DNA of 64,000 nucleotides from an uncultured Pseudomonadota bacterium (GTDB lineage Bacteria; Pseudomonadota; Alphaproteobacteria; RF32; CAG-239): NCBI GenBank assembly GCA_949298065.1, contig CASFUZ010000001.1, positions 18,793 to 82,792 of the forward strand, read 5' to 3'. Shown piece by piece: positions 20,001 to 26,545 of this stretch (position 1 is its first letter; each line of letters starts with the position of its first letter). The notes under the pieces were generated by a model. It saw only the letters and a program-made list of their open reading frames with translations, ran no database searches and was not told where the DNA came from. The position numbers and the translations under genes were made by a program.

Positions 20001-20594
20001 AGGAGAAGTTTCCGGAGAATTTGGAGCTTTTGTCCCCACATATTTAGCTAAACTATCGTCAGGTTCGGAATATGGTACAAAATAGATTGCATTACCGCCG
20101 CCGCCACCGCCGCCACCGGCTAAGAGGGCGACCAAACCTCCGGCGAGTAAGATTCCGCCGATAATCCAAGTGCGTTTAGCAATAATGAATTCGCCTTCAT
20201 TAAATTTATTGTAAGCTTGTCTTGGGGTATCATCAATGTCAGCGGTACAGCTTTGCTCCATAAAGCGGTCATATTGGCGCTGAGGGATGTTTTGGATACA
20301 AGAAGAATGGGGATTTGCACCGCTAGCGCGGAAAGCATTATAAGCTGTACAATCATTTTGCAAAATAGCATGGCACAAGCCCGTATTTCCGAAACGATCT
20401 CTGGAGTCTATATTTAAGCCGCGTTGAACGGCTGCGCGAAGCGCTCGGACATTTCCGCTTGAGGCATAAGAATACATCTGCGCCAAGCTAATCGGCGGCA
20501 AACCGGCAGCTAAGCTCGCAGGAGAATAAGCAAAACAGAACGCAGCTAAAGATAGTAGCGTGATTGCTTTTCTAAATAAAAACTTAATCTTCAT
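11010..20594 (-). CDS. Giant (3194 aa) type Va autotransporter-like surface protein: signal peptide, ankyrin-like module, hydrophobic/poly-Gly segment, roughly 2700-aa repetitive Gly/Ser/Thr/Asn-rich passenger, C-terminal beta-barrel translocator
   Basis: Sec signal peptide (MKIKFLFRKAITLLSLAAFCFAYSPASLAAG). The passenger carries hundreds of short GxxYGMYG / NNGTI / TNxGxI repeats typical of beta-helical passengers. The last roughly 300 aa alternate hydrophobic beta strands and end ...GMGYKF, a beta-domain terminus. It is a single uninterrupted ORF. Confidence 0.8.
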   Translation of the reverse strand: MKIKFLFRKAITLLSLAAFCFAYSPASLAAGLPPISLAQMYSYASSGNVRALRAAVQRGLNIDSRDRFGNTGLCHAILQNDCTAYNAFRASGANPHSSCIQNIPQRQYDRFMEQSCTADIDDTPRQAYNKFNEGEFIIAKRTWIIGGILLAGGLVALLAGGGGGGGGNAIYFVPYSEPDDSLAKYVGTKAPNSPETSPYKPITYFADNNKTITNQADGAQTNDFTVSNNSSVVVPNANGGSELQQLVNLIDLNGNILDYAVYLKVGMKARNNSSVINGSEDAGSNAPMITIGEASVGMAADDYSQATNYGTLKILAQNGAFGMIAGNHSVATNQSGDINLQFKGFNNQDTIIGMYADTYSSILNFGNITGNTIDVSGSTGGSGTSGDTTTTANAGTIIGMEVRTINEVPYPSLTPAATASNNANITLNAQSDSAAIKTSLIGMGGYLDQDFLDGTKLIRRASSLYLTNTLNGNISLNYTLSGTGTYAPDENTLLMGNGGIVGMRADAKTTALNEGNISLLLSTGVDNAGAGMQAVHGGTISNENIISVVGGMGNYGMLSVRGQGNNSEIDALAPTLTNAETGIIEVTSTDGFGMASFNGGKVTNNGTITMQNDSTGMRTNTGILTNSEGANITLQNSGAGMVLKSGDPTTDSQTSGSDSADGSGDTSTGESGAAIKQNLTNAQAINNGTITIYNADGAQGIFIEDGTATNNGTNGAGIFVSNTSRVPTEASYGIQAQAGNVINNGTIDMNVLVSTDGSTSVDSYGIFSDSANITNTADGSITFHKRGTGIATTSGYVQNLGNITLEQGGTGISSSNGDVLNATDASIIINDNDTAASTGIVAQAGKITNNGTITITNGNGATGIKAGLLVDNNNIIDLSGRNVTGIELTGQDAIANNNATININSTYSGENNYGIKASASAVNANITNNNNITLTGSVNSPSYSQQGYGISIAGGTATNLGTITFDNMYGWGMYTTAGTIKNDNGTILMNAGGTGLYGNGADALMVNSGDITIDVPDNDNNSISYGIYADGGAIANNTADANIYINSNASTASMLTQAFGIYVNQGEGTNLGNIFINGSNSTGMAYAGSDTTGSLTNMQNAVINLTGSNNIGMTSAGATAKNNGTINIGTIDDEGTLTASSDSIGMQTTGGAVFNQGVINVNSNDSVGLQSDAETGTITNNGTINVSETATNSYAILSNSGTAINGVSGIINSNQSNTDLMKSLGGSLTNYGSLNINSDLSNVNAMHIQGTGTATNAADATINVGTGNGATGSNNIGMFVDGGSVVNEGNINVYTQDSYAIKLINNTGDLVNNGTISIMEGADGSVALYAQNGDIYNKGTINMFGEGILMQAINGQTYNEGTIALGDNATGIVVSGTNNADNSGTLSVNGNNSTAFLIQGTGTVTNQQNGVINVLGSNSYGFKADDGFAATLVNNGEFTLEGDGSNSFAMYGQSANITNTATIDVLQSSSTAMFTSVGKLLNTGNITLDGENSVGLSVQGGGSAIHGNEDGTDTEDTKTYIAVNAAGAQGMSASGSGSLTNNALINVNASGAYGMYGSGGSSLTNNDNIYLNGGGYGMYATGSVTNAQNKNNISATINSGLNGSLYALYSTSSGSVTNALNATISLSGNPNAGNQIFGVYTNGGSANNNGTININGSNMSAMGIGTSGGTLNNVASGVINLSGSNLTGMNVSGGNAYNLGDINIGTDNSAAPNSVGINVTGGNASNQGDINVNSADSVALQSNGGSVTNIGIITISDNATGSLAFLSNSGNAINASTGTVNLNQSDTDIMKAMGGNITNNGTLNTAVSASNVNAMHVANGGNATNTKTINVGTSTAASGTNNVGILIDGTAASTASSNSGTISVYSDDSYGVLLDNQNASFTNSGTISVDGGASGSIALYAEQGKITNSSSGVINMSASGVLMQTRNGTIINQADIDLSFADSIIMNVTGSGTAQNSGKLTVDTVDSYAMKVADGVTATLTNTGTINLNNGATGSYAMYGANANITNSGNISVLQSGATALFTKVGSLVNNGSITLNALNSIGLSISGSGGTAENASGGSIILSNSGKAMSVSGASEITNNGTIQINANNAYALFASNGGTATNNKAISIGDSYSGSYAMYGTTNSTLKNNSNITVGQASSAAIYATDSTITNAGTLTVNSAQNNAAGIYATNTTGGGNITNTGSIDVNYKGSTSSDNVYGIYANSNSGITVSNTNTIDVSSDKSNAYGIYSSSAVQQNNRGNITVRGLSAYGMYGGVINTTDGQISVTGTGTGASYGIFGTGGNVSNQSDIIVNAAQGYGINMNGSGTLTNSGDITLNLTGSGTSYGLYGGSLTNGGVIKVTGTASGTANGTAYGIYSTGGTVQNSSEIDVSAEQGYGIALNGSGTATNKERITLTGTDSGTSYGMYGSNGASLVNSAGGTISVNAANATGMYATGDGTLTNSGNITVTGMGNGTSYGMYGGVINTTGGKISVTGSGAGYSYGIFSNGNYVSNMSDIIVSAAQGYGINMNNGGILTNGGNINLNLTGNGTSYGLYGGGLTNDGALTITGSGNGISYGMYSTGGTVLNRNNISVSDGQAYGIVLNGSGTATNSGTITVTGKDSRTSYGMYGSNGASLVNSAESSISVNGTTANATGMFVTGSGTATNSGTITVTGSSSGTSYGMYASSGASLVNAAGATINVNGTNAVGMYATGSGSSITNYGNIILNGASISTEYPGASSSTNPDTDNTGCTAAGCGNFIQVANGATFVNSGQVISTSALNFNLMSAANSGTFVLAPKGSYIAPEHSGPVTASADIVMEGNKTTYVNEDSFIGTDAGLKLSSGSYLFDAYLVTNEDGNQDVVMIMKEFSDVVDNSSVANFLTNNYTLGTNMDMYSILKSAPDASSFTAAVAGQMGLDIVPSFAKQNMDIVKAVNRHMSQTLFANQSAQDVRAMFDFVYDYREQNDVDMLSGYEDEALSAYAMFDRKYNSNFRYGLGVSFTRYESDYDNGSERDEIIAQVLTPLIYTTEGLKAIAMPRLGIGWGEYNRRADGFDNKADTKNYYYGITNEVRKEFDLGAVVLEPTAEFNVLGMYQDSTKEKNGLEVKSANNLSVEGGLGLYARKSFSIKDENDLTLRAGGTWYHEFNNPYQAARARIAGMVGSYQMDSYDAERDRGILTFRMDYKHEGFDFYFEANKFLEESDGYALSAGMGYKF
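12480..13980 (-). repeat. Tandem intragenic repeats of about 610 nt (about 200 aa), at least 2-3 diverged copies, inside the autotransporter passenger
   Basis: The near-identical stretch agagttaaccagagaagcccc...accatacataccata occurs at 12733-12790 and 13341-13396. ttaataccataaccttgcgcggcattaacaataatgtcagac occurs at 13687-13728 with a diverged copy at 13069-13110. The protein-level segment repeats are roughly 85-90% identical. Confidence 0.7.
14830..17360 (-). repeat. Large intragenic duplication of about 1 kb per copy (about 330 aa each, roughly 60% aa identity) in the passenger domain
   Basis: Protein segments GVINVNSNDSVGLQSDAETGTITNNGTINVSETATNSYAILSNSGTAINGVSG... and GDINVNSADSVALQSNGGSVTNIGIITISDNATGSLAFLSNSGNAINASTG... 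align over more than 300 aa. Coordinates are approximate (around 16360-17360 and 14830-15830). Confidence 0.5.
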
Positions 20595-20798
20595 ATCCCC
20601 AAGTTTTCAGATTAAAGTTACAAAAAAACACTTTTATACTTTCCAACTTTTATCCGAGCGAAGAACTTTCGTCAACCGCGCAACAAAGGTTATGCAATGT
20701 TTTTTAATGTTTTGTTAAGAATTTTTGCTGGATGATTGAAAAAACAAAGAGTTAAAATATTATATTATTTAAGCAAAAATCATCATCGGAGAAAAAAG

Positions 20799-21923
20799 AT
20801 GAACCTCAATAAAAAGTTTTCAGAATGGGTTTCTGCCGACCTGATAACGACCAAACAAAAGGAACAACTGCAAGCCTATGAGAGTAGCCGACAAAAAAAC
20901 GCTGCGCTGAAAGCCATGCTTTTCTTGGCAAGTATTTGTTTAGGTTCGGGTATTGTTTCCGTAATAGCGTATAATTGGCAGCAAATAAGCGATTCAGTAA
21001 AATTGATAAGCTATTTTGCTTTGCTGTTTGTCATAGTTGGTTTTAATATTTGTGCTTTGCAAAAACAAAAAGAGCTGCTCTTTAATACAATTTTGTTCAT
21101 AAATGCTTTATGGTGCTTGGCCGGAATAGGGCTTATTGCGCAAATCTATCATCTCTCATCGCCAAATCTTGAAGCATTGCTTTTTTGGTGCTTAATAACT
21201 TTGCCTTTATTGCCTTTAGCCTCATATAAATGGTTGCCATTTATCTGGTTTCCGACTTTTGTGTTGTCATTGTATAATGTCTTAATGTCAAAGCCGGACT
21301 TCGCGAATTTTATTGAGCAGATGTCCGTCTCTTACCCGGGAGTTTTGAGAACATCGGAAATTTTACTATTAGCGGCGATTCTGATTTTAACCGAGAACAG
21401 ATTAAAACCCATAAATGCGGCAATCCGCTGGTGGACTTATGCTTTTGTTGCGCTTTATGTCGCTTTAACGGACATTGGTGGCGATTATATTTATACTTCT
21501 TCGGCCGCAAATAATATATATACTTTTGTCTTTTGGATAATCATTGCCTTCATCACTTTCATAGTATGTTTCTTCAACAATCAAAAAAGGCATAAATATT
21601 GGGCTATAATTTTGAGCTTGTTTACGGGCTTTATGTTCATCGGCAGCATTTTGCCTGAAAATCAGACTTTACGCGAAATCTGGAGTGCGGTCTTCAGCTT
21701 AAGTATACTTTGCGTTCTGGCAAACTATGCGCTCAAAAACAATCAGAACAGGTTATATAAATTTTTGATTGCCATAATTGCTTTGCGCTTTTTTATGATT
21801 TATGCGCAAGTTTTCGGCTCAATGCTGACAACGGGAACAGGTTTAATCATAACCTCAATACTACTGTTTGCGGTAGCCTATGTTTGGAACAATCGCCAAA
21901 GATTTTTAAATAAAAGGGGATAA
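20799..21923 (+). CDS. Polytopic membrane protein, DUF2157-like
   Basis: The start at MNLNKKFSEWVSADLITTKQKEQL resembles the conserved DUF2157 N-terminus, and about 10 TM helices follow. It is immediately followed, at a 2-nt gap, by a GDYXXLXY-type gene, which is a recurrent pairing. Confidence 0.5.
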   Translation: MNLNKKFSEWVSADLITTKQKEQLQAYESSRQKNAALKAMLFLASICLGSGIVSVIAYNWQQISDSVKLISYFALLFVIVGFNICALQKQKELLFNTILFINALWCLAGIGLIAQIYHLSSPNLEALLFWCLITLPLLPLASYKWLPFIWFPTFVLSLYNVLMSKPDFANFIEQMSVSYPGVLRTSEILLLAAILILTENRLKPINAAIRWWTYAFVALYVALTDIGGDYIYTSSAANNIYTFVFWIIIAFITFIVCFFNNQKRHKYWAIILSLFTGFMFIGSILPENQTLREIWSAVFSLSILCVLANYALKNNQNRLYKFLIAIIALRFFMIYAQVFGSMLTTGTGLIITSILLFAVAYVWNNRQRFLNKRG

Positions 21924-21925
21924 AG

Positions 21926-22309
21926 ATGAAAAAACAGATTTCAATGTTATTGCTTACCATACCGGCAATCATTTTGCTCGGCTGGCTCGGAATGTTGCAT
22001 TTCCCATACGTTTCCGCGCCAAAAGTTACGATAGCCGTATCAGGCTATGACCCGAGAGACTTACTTTCAGGTCATTATCTGAACTTGCGTCTTAATTGGG
22101 ATAAGACTGATTGTAAGCAGTTTGCTGATAACATCTGCCCCAAAGAAAGGTTTAAGGAAAACTACCGTTATTATCTGCCGGAAGATGAGGCAAAAGCGGC
22201 TGAAAAAGAACTTTTCAAGCAAAATACAGAGGCTTATCTGGAGTTTTCGTTGCCAACAAAAGGCGAACCTTTAATTAAAAATTTTTATACTAAAAAATCC
22301 CCGTCATAA
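21926..22309 (+). CDS. GDYXXLXY-domain-like protein (N-terminal TM anchor)
   Basis: N-terminal TM followed by the motif GYDPRDLLSGHYLNLRL. Coupled to the upstream membrane protein gene. Confidence 0.45.
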   Translation: MKKQISMLLLTIPAIILLGWLGMLHFPYVSAPKVTIAVSGYDPRDLLSGHYLNLRLNWDKTDCKQFADNICPKERFKENYRYYLPEDEAKAAEKELFKQNTEAYLEFSLPTKGEPLIKNFYTKKSPS

Positions 22310-22322
22310 GCGGGGATTTTAA
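22293..22322. terminator. Bidirectional terminator between convergent genes
   Basis: Stem aatccccg/cggggatt around 22296-22318 encloses the stop codon at 22307-22309. T/A runs lie on both sides. Confidence 0.6.
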
Positions 22323-22324
22323 GT

Positions 22325-23374
22325 TTATTCGGCAGGAGTTCCCTCAAGCCCGATACCTTTTTGCTCTTTTTTCTTTTTCCATTTAAGCTTAGCATAAAGG
22401 CGCATATCGGCCACTTGGTCGGTTTCATCAATAATTTCGTTGCCAAGGATGGTTTCAATAACATCCTCAAGCGTGATAATACCAACCCAGTTTTCAAATG
22501 GGTCCACCACCAAAGCCATATGGTTATGGTCATTGAGCATAGAAATCAAGACATCTTCCAAACGAGCATCAGTAGAAAAGCTAGCCATCGGACGAGCAAA
22601 ATCCTCAACCGGACGATTATCATCCTCAGCCCTGTATGAGCTGGACTTATGAATATATCCCAAAAATTTCTGCTCTGTCTCATCAACAATCGGAAAACGA
22701 GAGAAAGGTGTCGTCGTCAAAAACTTATCAAATTCCTTAATGGTAGTGCCGGGTTTAACCGTATGCACTACGGTGCGCGGAGTCATCACATCTTTTACGC
22801 GGACTTCTTGCAGGTTAATAACATTTCTGATAACGCGATACTTATTTTCATCAATAACTTTTTCATCACGTCCCATTTTAGCCAAAGCCTTAATTTCGTC
22901 TTTAATATTTGTCGGGTCATCATCATTACCGAACATTCCCATAACAAAGCTTGAGATATAAAGGAACGGGCGCAAAATGATAATCATAACTTTCAGGGTA
23001 ACACACATAGACGGAACAAGCTTACGCCAATATTTTGCACCGATGGTCTTTGGCAAAATCTCAGACAAGACCAAAATAGCCAAAGTCATAATTGCCGAAG
23101 CCAAACCCAAGTAGGATTGTCCGTACATTTCGGCAACCTGAGCACCCACGCCGGCGGCACCAACTGTGTGTGCGATAGTGTTAAGGGTCAAAATAGCGGC
23201 CAAAGGCGTATCAATGTCTTGTTTCAAGGCATTAACCTGTTTATACCATTTAGGGCTTTTTTCTTCAAGTTGAGCAATATAGCTCGGGGTGATGGATAAT
23301 AAGGCGGCTTCCATAACCGAACACAAAAAGGAAATACCGATTGCCGTTGTGGCAAAAAATATTAAAAGAAACAT
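22325..23374 (-). CDS. corC: HlyC/CorC family transporter (CNNM/DUF21 TM domain, CBS pair, CorC_HlyC C-terminal domain)
   Basis: N-terminal 4-TM DUF21-like region, CBS-pair region (VKDVMTPRTVV...), and a transporter-associated C-terminal domain (GIITLEDVIETILG). Confidence 0.8.
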   Translation of the reverse strand: MFLLIFFATTAIGISFLCSVMEAALLSITPSYIAQLEEKSPKWYKQVNALKQDIDTPLAAILTLNTIAHTVGAAGVGAQVAEMYGQSYLGLASAIMTLAILVLSEILPKTIGAKYWRKLVPSMCVTLKVMIIILRPFLYISSFVMGMFGNDDDPTNIKDEIKALAKMGRDEKVIDENKYRVIRNVINLQEVRVKDVMTPRTVVHTVKPGTTIKEFDKFLTTTPFSRFPIVDETEQKFLGYIHKSSSYRAEDDNRPVEDFARPMASFSTDARLEDVLISMLNDHNHMALVVDPFENWVGIITLEDVIETILGNEIIDETDQVADMRLYAKLKWKKKKEQKGIGLEGTPAE

Positions 23375-23488
23375 TATAAAAAAAATAACCTCATATTGTT
23401 AATTCCAAACTTTAATATAACACAAATCTTTATAAAAAATAAAGAATATTTATATATAATAAACAAAAACCGTAAGAGAGGAGGGCGT

Positions 23489-24142
23489 ATGAAACCCAAA
23501 ACAGCCTTTGTCAGCGACTTTGACGGCACCATAACAGACGATGACTTTTTTGCTTATGCCACTCAAGCTTTCTTTGATGATAAGGCTTTGGAACCATGGC
23601 GAAGGTTTAAGGCAGGCAAACAAACGCATTTCAGCGCTTTAAAAGAAATGTTTGCCAAAATCCGCGTCCCTCAGGAAGAATTAGATGCTTTTATGCGTAA
23701 AATTCCGGTAGATAAAGGTTTTATTGAGGCCGCGCAAATCTGCAAAGAAAAAGGCATTCCTTTGTACATCTGTTCGGCAGGCTGCGATTATTATATTGAT
23801 TTTCTAATCGGCGACATTTTGCAAAAATATAACATAACTTTGGTAACCAACCACGGCGAGTATAGCCAGAAGCAAGGGTTGATGATGTATAAGCCAGAGC
23901 AAAACAGCCCGTATTTTGACGGCAATACGGGCATTTCTAAAGCCGCGATTGTGCAAAAACTGCATCGCGAGGGATATGAAGTTATCTATGCCGGAGATGG
24001 CTTGCCGGACTATGAGGCCGCCTGGAATGCCGATGTTGTTTTTGCCCGCCGTGATTTATTGGTAAAATGCTTGGAAAACGGCGTAAAGGCACATCCGTTC
24101 AAGGACTTTGGTGTTATCAATGCTTATCTGAAGGAGCTCTGA
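23489..24142 (+). CDS. HAD-superfamily phosphatase, subfamily IB (MtnX/PSPase-like)
   Basis: Motif I VSDFDGTIT, motif II SAG, motif IV AGDGLPD. I placed the start at the ATG at 23489 after the RBS GAGAGGAGGG. The longer ORF from 23396 is unlikely. Confidence 0.75.
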   Translation: MKPKTAFVSDFDGTITDDDFFAYATQAFFDDKALEPWRRFKAGKQTHFSALKEMFAKIRVPQEELDAFMRKIPVDKGFIEAAQICKEKGIPLYICSAGCDYYIDFLIGDILQKYNITLVTNHGEYSQKQGLMMYKPEQNSPYFDGNTGISKAAIVQKLHREGYEVIYAGDGLPDYEAAWNADVVFARRDLLVKCLENGVKAHPFKDFGVINAYLKEL

Positions 24143-24143
24143 A

Positions 24144-25217
24144 ATGTTTAACCAGCCCTATATCAACAAACAAATCAATATTCCTTATCTTTTGAAGATC
24201 GGTAATGGTAAGATTTATAAGATTGGCAAATATCTGATAGATAAAAACTTGCAGGATATTGCGCTTTTTTTAGGCGAGGGAACGGAAGAACTTATTGGCG
24301 AGAAACTCTATCAGGGTTTTAAGGATAACAATATACATATTGCGCACAAACAAGTCATCAATGACATAAGCATTGAGGCCATAAACAAAACCGCCTTTCA
24401 GCTTCCGCCGGAAACAGATGCCATTGTAGGTATCGGCGGCGGCAAAGCTCTGGATTTTGCCAAATATTCGGCGCATCTGCTGCGCTTGCCTTTCGTGAGT
24501 GTTCCGACCTCAACATCAAACGATGGCTTTTGCAGCCCGACCTCTTCGCTCACTGTGGATGGCAAACGCAAGACTGTCAAGTCAAGCATTCCTTTCGGTG
24601 TTGTCATGGACTTAGATGTCATCAAAAGTTGCCCGCCGATTTTCTTTTATTCCGGCATCGGCGATATGGTTTCCAAGATAACGGCTCTGGCCGATTGGAA
24701 AGAAGCAGCCAACCGCAAACTTGAGCGTTACAGAGACTTTGCTTCCATGCTGGCTTATAACTCGCTTGATTTGCTGTTCATAAAACATTCTTATGACATC
24801 AATGCGCCGGAGTTTCAGCGGAGCTTAAGCACATCTTTGCTGATGAGTGGTATTGCTATGGAAGTTGCCGGCACATCCAGACCGGCAAGCGGTTCGGAAC
24901 ACCTCATATCTCATGCTCTGGACAGCATTTCGGTGCGTCCGCAAATGCACGGCTTGCAGGTCGGAACGGCGACTTATCTCTGCGCTTTGTTGCAGAATAA
25001 CCCCAGCACGGACAGTCTGCGCGAGATTTTGCATAAAACAGGCTTCTTTGACTTCGTAAAGCAAAATCCGTTCAAAAAATCCGAGTTTGAAGAAGCTCTT
25101 AAGCTAGCGCCGAGCATCAAGCGCGGATTTTATACCATCCTTTCGGAGCAAGATAGTTATGACAAAGCCTTGAACTTTATCAATACCGACCCGATTCTGC
25201 AGGAACTGATAAAATAA
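24144..25217 (+). CDS. Glycerol-1-phosphate dehydrogenase-like enzyme (iron-containing alcohol dehydrogenase / DHQS-like superfamily; AraM/EgsA-like)
   Basis: GIGGGKALDFAKYSA nucleotide-binding loop, PTSTSNDGFCSP, and a metal-binding His cluster SGSEHLISHALD. About 357 aa. Its start lies 2 nt after the HAD stop, matching the AraL-AraM arrangement known from Bacillus. Confidence 0.55.
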   Translation: MFNQPYINKQINIPYLLKIGNGKIYKIGKYLIDKNLQDIALFLGEGTEELIGEKLYQGFKDNNIHIAHKQVINDISIEAINKTAFQLPPETDAIVGIGGGKALDFAKYSAHLLRLPFVSVPTSTSNDGFCSPTSSLTVDGKRKTVKSSIPFGVVMDLDVIKSCPPIFFYSGIGDMVSKITALADWKEAANRKLERYRDFASMLAYNSLDLLFIKHSYDINAPEFQRSLSTSLLMSGIAMEVAGTSRPASGSEHLISHALDSISVRPQMHGLQVGTATYLCALLQNNPSTDSLREILHKTGFFDFVKQNPFKKSEFEEALKLAPSIKRGFYTILSEQDSYDKALNFINTDPILQELIK

Positions 25218-25240
25218 ACTGTTGACGAAATAGTTGATGG

Positions 25241-26545
25241 ATGATAAAAAAAACCTCGGTTTTCACCTCAAAATCGGAGTTTTTACTCATGTCTGTTGTT
25301 TCTGCTGGAATAGATTTCGGTACGACCAACTCAGCCATAGCCGTATCTGAAAACGGCAATCTTCCGAGGCTGATTCCTTTTGCCAACCATCCCACCATCC
25401 CAAGCGCCATATTTTATCCCGCCGACAAAAGCGGTGTTTTATTTGGCAATCAGGCAATTCAGGCTTATTTGACAGGGCAAGAAGGACGCTTTATGCGCAG
25501 CCTGAAACGCGTACTCGGAACGGATTTAATGACAATCGGTACCACAATAAACGGACAACAACGACGTTTTGAAAATATTTTGGCTCAATTTGTGGCTTAT
25601 CTGAAAAACACGGCGGAACAAAGCCTGCAAGAACCAATATCAAGAGTTGTTATGGGCAGACCGGTGCATTTTCGCGATAATGATTTGGTCGGTGATGCCA
25701 AAGCAGAAAAGGAGTTGGAAAATATAGCCCGTTCAGTCGGCTTTAGTGAAATCTGCTTTCAATACGAGCCGATTGCGGCAGCTTTTGCACACGAGGCCAA
25801 ACTCCAAGAAGAAAAGCTTGCCTGTGTTGTAGATATCGGTGGCGGAACTTCAGATTTTGCGCTTATCCGCCTCGGACCAAAGTCGGCAATGAAAAACAAT
25901 CGCAAAGACGATATCTTGGCCTCAACCGGCGTACGCATCGGCGGCAATGATTTTGACCGCGATTTGAGCTTGCGTTGCTTTATGCCGAGCTTTGGCTATC
26001 AGACAACTTATGGCGCGCAAAATTTGTTTGTGCCTTCTTCTCAATATTTTGAGCTTGCGGAATGGAGCCGCATAAACTCTGCTTATACTTATAAAAATCT
26101 AAAAATTGTCAACGAGGTTTTGGCAAACGCTCATCAGCCGGAACAATACGCACGTCTAAGAGATATTCTCGTTCGCGAAACAGGGCATAAGATACTTAAT
26201 GATGTAGAGCAAACCAAAATTGAGCTGACAGAAACGGAATGCGTAAGCAAAACTTTGGCCTATGTGGCGGGCAAGCCGACAATTCAGGCGGCGAGGGCAG
26301 CGTTTGATACAAGCATAGCTAAAGATGTCGAAAAAATTTCTGCCTCTTTGAATGAATGCTTGATTATGGCAAGCGTAAAAGCAGAAAACATCGGATTAGT
26401 TATTTTAACCGGTGGCTCAACCGAAATTCCGCTGATAAACAAAACAATGCGAAACATCTTCAAAGATGCTGCATTTTCATCAGGTGACAAATTATCCAGT
26501 GTAGGCTTAGGCTTGGCCTATGACAGCCGCCGCCGTTTTGCCTGA
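25241..26545 (+). CDS. Hsp70-family (actin-like ATPase fold) protein, YegD/HscC-like
   Basis: Phosphate-1 motif GIDFGTTNSAIAV, VDIGGGTSDF, and GGSTEIPLINK. The start may be the internal MSVVSAG (25289). Confidence 0.7.
   Translation: MIKKTSVFTSKSEFLLMSVVSAGIDFGTTNSAIAVSENGNLPRLIPFANHPTIPSAIFYPADKSGVLFGNQAIQAYLTGQEGRFMRSLKRVLGTDLMTIGTTINGQQRRFENILAQFVAYLKNTAEQSLQEPISRVVMGRPVHFRDNDLVGDAKAEKELENIARSVGFSEICFQYEPIAAAFAHEAKLQEEKLACVVDIGGGTSDFALIRLGPKSAMKNNRKDDILASTGVRIGGNDFDRDLSLRCFMPSFGYQTTYGAQNLFVPSSQYFELAEWSRINSAYTYKNLKIVNEVLANAHQPEQYARLRDILVRETGHKILNDVEQTKIELTETECVSKTLAYVAGKPTIQAARAAFDTSIAKDVEKISASLNECLIMASVKAENIGLVILTGGSTEIPLINKTMRNIFKDAAFSSGDKLSSVGLGLAYDSRRRFA

Noticed and set aside
20101-20124. 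The (GGN)8 tract encoding Gly8 in the adhesin, considered as a frameshifting phase-variation switch.
   Set aside because: It is an imperfect trinucleotide repeat (CCG/CCA units on the plus strand). Slippage would keep the frame and only vary linker length, so it is not an ON/OFF switch.
11036-20417. Dozens of ORFs of 60 aa or more overlapping or antisense to the giant gene (for example 13500-13979, 14340-14900, 15372-15584, 17298-17573).
   Set aside because: They are entirely contained within the single 9.6-kb autotransporter ORF. They arise from its repetitive, low-complexity, codon-biased sequence, and none has an independent start context or terminator.
24270-25064. Several antisense ORFs (24270-24476, 24398-24625, 24825-25064) inside the G1PDH-like gene.
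   Set aside because: They are embedded antisense to a well-supported 357-aa enzyme gene and have no RBS or terminator context, so they are spurious.
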